Shown: piece by piece, positions 61,477-64,000 of the stretch
Layout of the letters: the number at the start of each line of letters is the position of its first letter
Numbering within the stretch: the first letter of the stretch is position 1
Assembly (NCBI GenBank): GCA_964624415.1
Contig: CAZUWR010000001.1
Coordinates: 3,855 to 67,854 of the forward strand
DNA: 64,000 bases
Reading direction: 5' to 3'
From: an uncultured Bdellovibrionales bacterium
GTDB taxonomy: Bacteria; Patescibacteriota; Minisyncoccia; Moranbacterales; UBA1568
Notes under the pieces: model-generated
What the model saw: the letters and a program-made list of their open reading frames with translations, nothing else
What the model was told of the DNA's origin: nothing
Database searches by the model: none
Made by a program: the position numbers and the translations under genes

Positions 61477-64000
61477 CTACTCCACACTGGCAACTCCGGC
61501 AATATCCGCGAGTTGTTTTTTTGTATCTTCGGTCGCTTCGATGGTGTGCGGGGTGTGTATGGTGGCGCCCTGGACGCGGACATAGACGGGCGTCTCGCCC
61601 TTGGGGAGACGGGCGAGGGTAGCGGAGACGGTTTCGAGGAGCTGTTTGCTTACAGCGCTGTCTTGGAGAGTGATGGTGAGGCGGAGATTTTTACCGGATC
61701 CCGCATCAAGTACGGGATGACTTAGATGATGTTGTCCGTTGGTTGTTGGTTGTTGATTGTTGACTGTCTGTGGTTCGTTTTTCGCTCGTGTCAAGAGGAC
61801 TCGCTTGAAAGTCTCGACGGACTGCAAATCGACTTTCTCGGCATCCTCGGCGAGTATTTTTGGGACGCCGTCTTCATTGGAAAGTCTGCCCTGCACGATG
61901 ACGAGTTCGTCTTCTATCCACATACCGCCGGTTTTTTCTACAGCGCGCGGGAAGACGAGCACTTCGACGCGCCCGGTCAGGTCTTCGAGGCTGACGAAAA
62001 ACATTTCTTGCTGGCGTTTGGTGTAGGTTTTGCGCACGGTGCTGATGACACCGCCCACTTTGACGCTGATACCGCTCTCTCGCTTTTCCAAATCATGAAT
62101 CGGAATGGTAATCTGATCGAAGTATTCCTTGAAATCGCTGACCGGATGATCGCTGACATAGAGGCCGAGGAGTTCCTTTTCCCACTTGAGCTTTTGTTTT
62201 TTCTCGATAGGTGGCACGTTTTCGAGGCGTAGCTCGGAGGTTTCGATCGGCATGCTTCCGAAGAGGCTGTCGGTGTGAGTTTCTTTTATCTTCTGCAGAT
62301 TGCGGGAGTGTTTGAGGATTTTGTCGATGCTGGCAAGGAGCTGACTGCGCTCGCCGAAAGCATCGAGGGCGCCCACTTTTGAGAGAGCTTCGAGGGATTT
62401 CTTGTTGAGGTCTTTGGTCTGGACACGCTCGACGAAATCGGCGATGGAGCGGAACTTTCCACCGCGCTTGCGCTCTTTGACGATTTCTTCAGCAGCTACT
62501 TTGCCGACGTTTTTGATGGCATTGAGTCCGAAGCGGATACGCTCTTTTCCTTCGGCATCCGGGACAACGGCAAATTCCTCGAAGCTTTCATTGACATCCG
62601 GTGGCAAGACCTCGATGCCCATCTCGCGGCATTCATTGACCTCGATAGCGATGCGATCCGTCGTGTCCTGGTCGGAGGTGAGGAGGGCGGCCATAAAGGA
62701 TGCCGGGTAATGTGCTTTAAGGTAGGCGGTCTGATAGCCGATGAGCGCATAGCAGGCAGCGTGCGAACGGTTGAAACCATATCCGGCGAACGGTTCGATA
62801 AACGCGAAGACTCCCTCGGCTATATCTTTGCTGATGCCTTGCTCACCGCAACGCGCCACGAATTTGATGCGCTGCTCTTGAATGAGCTCGAGGATTTTTT
62901 TGCCCATCGCTTTGCGAAGCACATCGGCTTCGCCGAGGGTGAAGCCGGCCAGGTCGCGGGCGATTTGCATCACTTGCTCCTGATAGACGGCCACGCCATA
63001 GGTAGTGGCGAGTATCGGTTCAAGTTTCGGGTGCAGGTACTTCACGGTTTTGCGTCCGTGTTTGCCATCGATAAAATCAGGGATCCAGTCCATCGGTCCC
63101 GGACGGTAGAGGGCGACCATAGCGATGATGTCTTCGAGGACGGTCGGCTTAAGCTGGCGCAGGTAGCGCTTCATACCATTGCTTTCCAGCTGGAAGACGC
63201 CGGTCGTGTGGGCCTTTTGGAGTAGCTCATAGGTTTTTTCGTCATCGATAGGGAGGCGATCCATAATGTCGGAAATGGAAGCGGTCTTCGGGTCAAGGCC
63301 GATACGGATGATGAGTTCGTCGAGTTTGCCCAATGCGCGGATGATGCGGATGGTGTTTTGCATGATGGTGAGGTTTTTGAGTCCCAAAAAGTCCATCTTG
63401 AGCAAGCCGATCTTTTCCACGGCGCTGAATTTGGTGGAGGAAGCATACTGTGTCACGGTGCCTTCTCGTGTGCCGGAGATTTTTTGGATGGGGGTGTATT
63501 CGGTGACCGGGTCTTTGGTGATCACCACGCCGCAGGCATGCATCGAGGCATGGCGCGCGAGACCTTCGAGGTTTTTGGCCACGTCGATGAGCTTGCGCGC
63601 TTCCGGATCCGCATCGTAGAGTTTTTTGAAATCCACCGCTTCTTCGAGCGCTTTTTTCATCGTGGAAAACATCGGGATGAGTTTGGCGACTTGATCGCAG
63701 AGCGCATACGAATAGCCCAGTGCACGACCCGTGTCGCGGATAGCCGCGCGCGCCGCCATTGTTCCGAAGGTGATGATCTGTGCGACGTGATCGTGGCCGT
63801 ATTTTTCGCGGACATAGTTGAGCACATCATCGCGACGATCATCGGCGAAGTCCATATCGACATCGGGCATCGAGATACGTTCCGGATTGAGGAATCGCTC
63901 GAAGAGGAGATCGTATTCGATTGGATCCATGTTGGTGATACCGGTGAGGTAGGCGACGAAACTTCCCGCCGCCGAGCCGCGTCCCGGCCCCACCATGATC
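61477..64000 (-). CDS. dnaE: DNA polymerase III alpha subunit, C-terminal part (5' end lies beyond the window)
   Basis: PHP domain (MPDVDMDFADDRRDDV), polymerase core and OB-fold regions; the ORF runs to the window edge. Confidence 0.85.
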   Translation of the reverse strand, partial: IMVGPGRGSAAGSFVAYLTGITNMDPIEYDLLFERFLNPERISMPDVDMDFADDRRDDVLNYVREKYGHDHVAQIITFGTMAARAAIRDTGRALGYSYALCDQVAKLIPMFSTMKKALEEAVDFKKLYDADPEARKLIDVAKNLEGLARHASMHACGVVITKDPVTEYTPIQKISGTREGTVTQYASSTKFSAVEKIGLLKMDFLGLKNLTIMQNTIRIIRALGKLDELIIRIGLDPKTASISDIMDRLPIDDEKTYELLQKAHTTGVFQLESNGMKRYLRQLKPTVLEDIIAMVALYRPGPMDWIPDFIDGKHGRKTVKYLHPKLEPILATTYGVAVYQEQVMQIARDLAGFTLGEADVLRKAMGKKILELIQEQRIKFVARCGEQGISKDIAEGVFAFIEPFAGYGFNRSHAACYALIGYQTAYLKAHYPASFMAALLTSDQDTTDRIAIEVNECREMGIEVLPPDVNESFEEFAVVPDAEGKERIRFGLNAIKNVGKVAAEEIVKERKRGGKFRSIADFVERVQTKDLNKKSLEALSKVGALDAFGERSQLLASIDKILKHSRNLQKIKETHTDSLFGSMPIETSELRLENVPPIEKKQKLKWEKELLGLYVSDHPVSDFKEYFDQITIPIHDLEKRESGISVKVGGVISTVRKTYTKRQQEMFFVSLEDLTGRVEVLVFPRAVEKTGGMWIEDELVIVQGRLSNEDGVPKILAEDAEKVDLQSVETFKRVLLTRAKNEPQTVNNQQPTTNGQHHLSHPVLDAGSGKNLRLTITLQDSAVSKQLLETVSATLARLPKGETPVYVRVQGATIHTPHTIEATEDTKKQLADIAGVASVE

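Noticed and set aside
1-64000. Searched for CRISPR arrays, IS/transposase genes, integrases, phage genes and rRNA operons
   Set aside because: I found no regularly spaced direct repeats and no transposase, integrase or phage-like ORFs. I found no 16S/23S/5S signatures. The only repeats are the short dispersed elements reported above.

Overview
This is a 64-kb stretch of bacterial chromosome, read with the standard code (TGA is used as a stop). Gene density is high and the genes are short and streamlined: a 294-aa sigma-70 paralogue, a 763-aa SMC with no hinge, and a 331-aa ThyA. Promoters are strong sigma-70 type (TTGACA-17-TAtAcT, often with an extended TGn -10). GC is moderate, with several AT-rich hypothetical genes. 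The style fits a reduced-genome organism such as a Patescibacteria/CPR-like lineage, but that is inference from gene style only.

Most of the window is housekeeping:
- Cell wall and glycolysis: mraY, pgk, eno.
- dTDP-rhamnose genes: rmlC, rmlB, rmlD.
- Translation and transcription: glyA, rpmF, nusB, rnc, rpsP, rplJ, rplL, secE, nusG, rplK, rplA, gatB, miaA, tRNA-Gln(UUG).
- Replication and chromosome: smc, dnaX, and a partial dnaE.
- Nucleotide metabolism: dcd, thyA, folA, and nrdD plus nrdG (anaerobic ribonucleotide reductase).

The housekeeping genes are interleaved with accessory material:
- A glycosylation-type membrane cluster: a YdjC/ChbG deacetylase, a GT39/ArnT-like GT-C enzyme, and a PIG-V-like GT-C protein.
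- A VKOR gene followed by a two-component system.
- An ECF sigma / putative anti-sigma pair followed by secreted proteins with calcium-binding Asp repeats flanking apbE.
- A Memo-like / degenerate CapA-like fusion.

The most unusual signals are non-coding:
- Three paralogous 5' leaders with covarying stems upstream of unrelated small genes next to miaA.
- A duplicated promoter-plus-leader cassette flanking nrdG, each copy driving a small plus-strand ORF antisense to the nrdD-nrdG transcript.
- A dispersed 21-27-nt repeat with three copies, one of them in-frame inside miaA.
- A ~50-nt hairpin repeat with compensatory substitutions upstream of rmlB and rplA.
- A promoter-to-terminator unit about 70 nt long, consistent with a small RNA.

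No CRISPR array, IS element or rRNA gene was seen.
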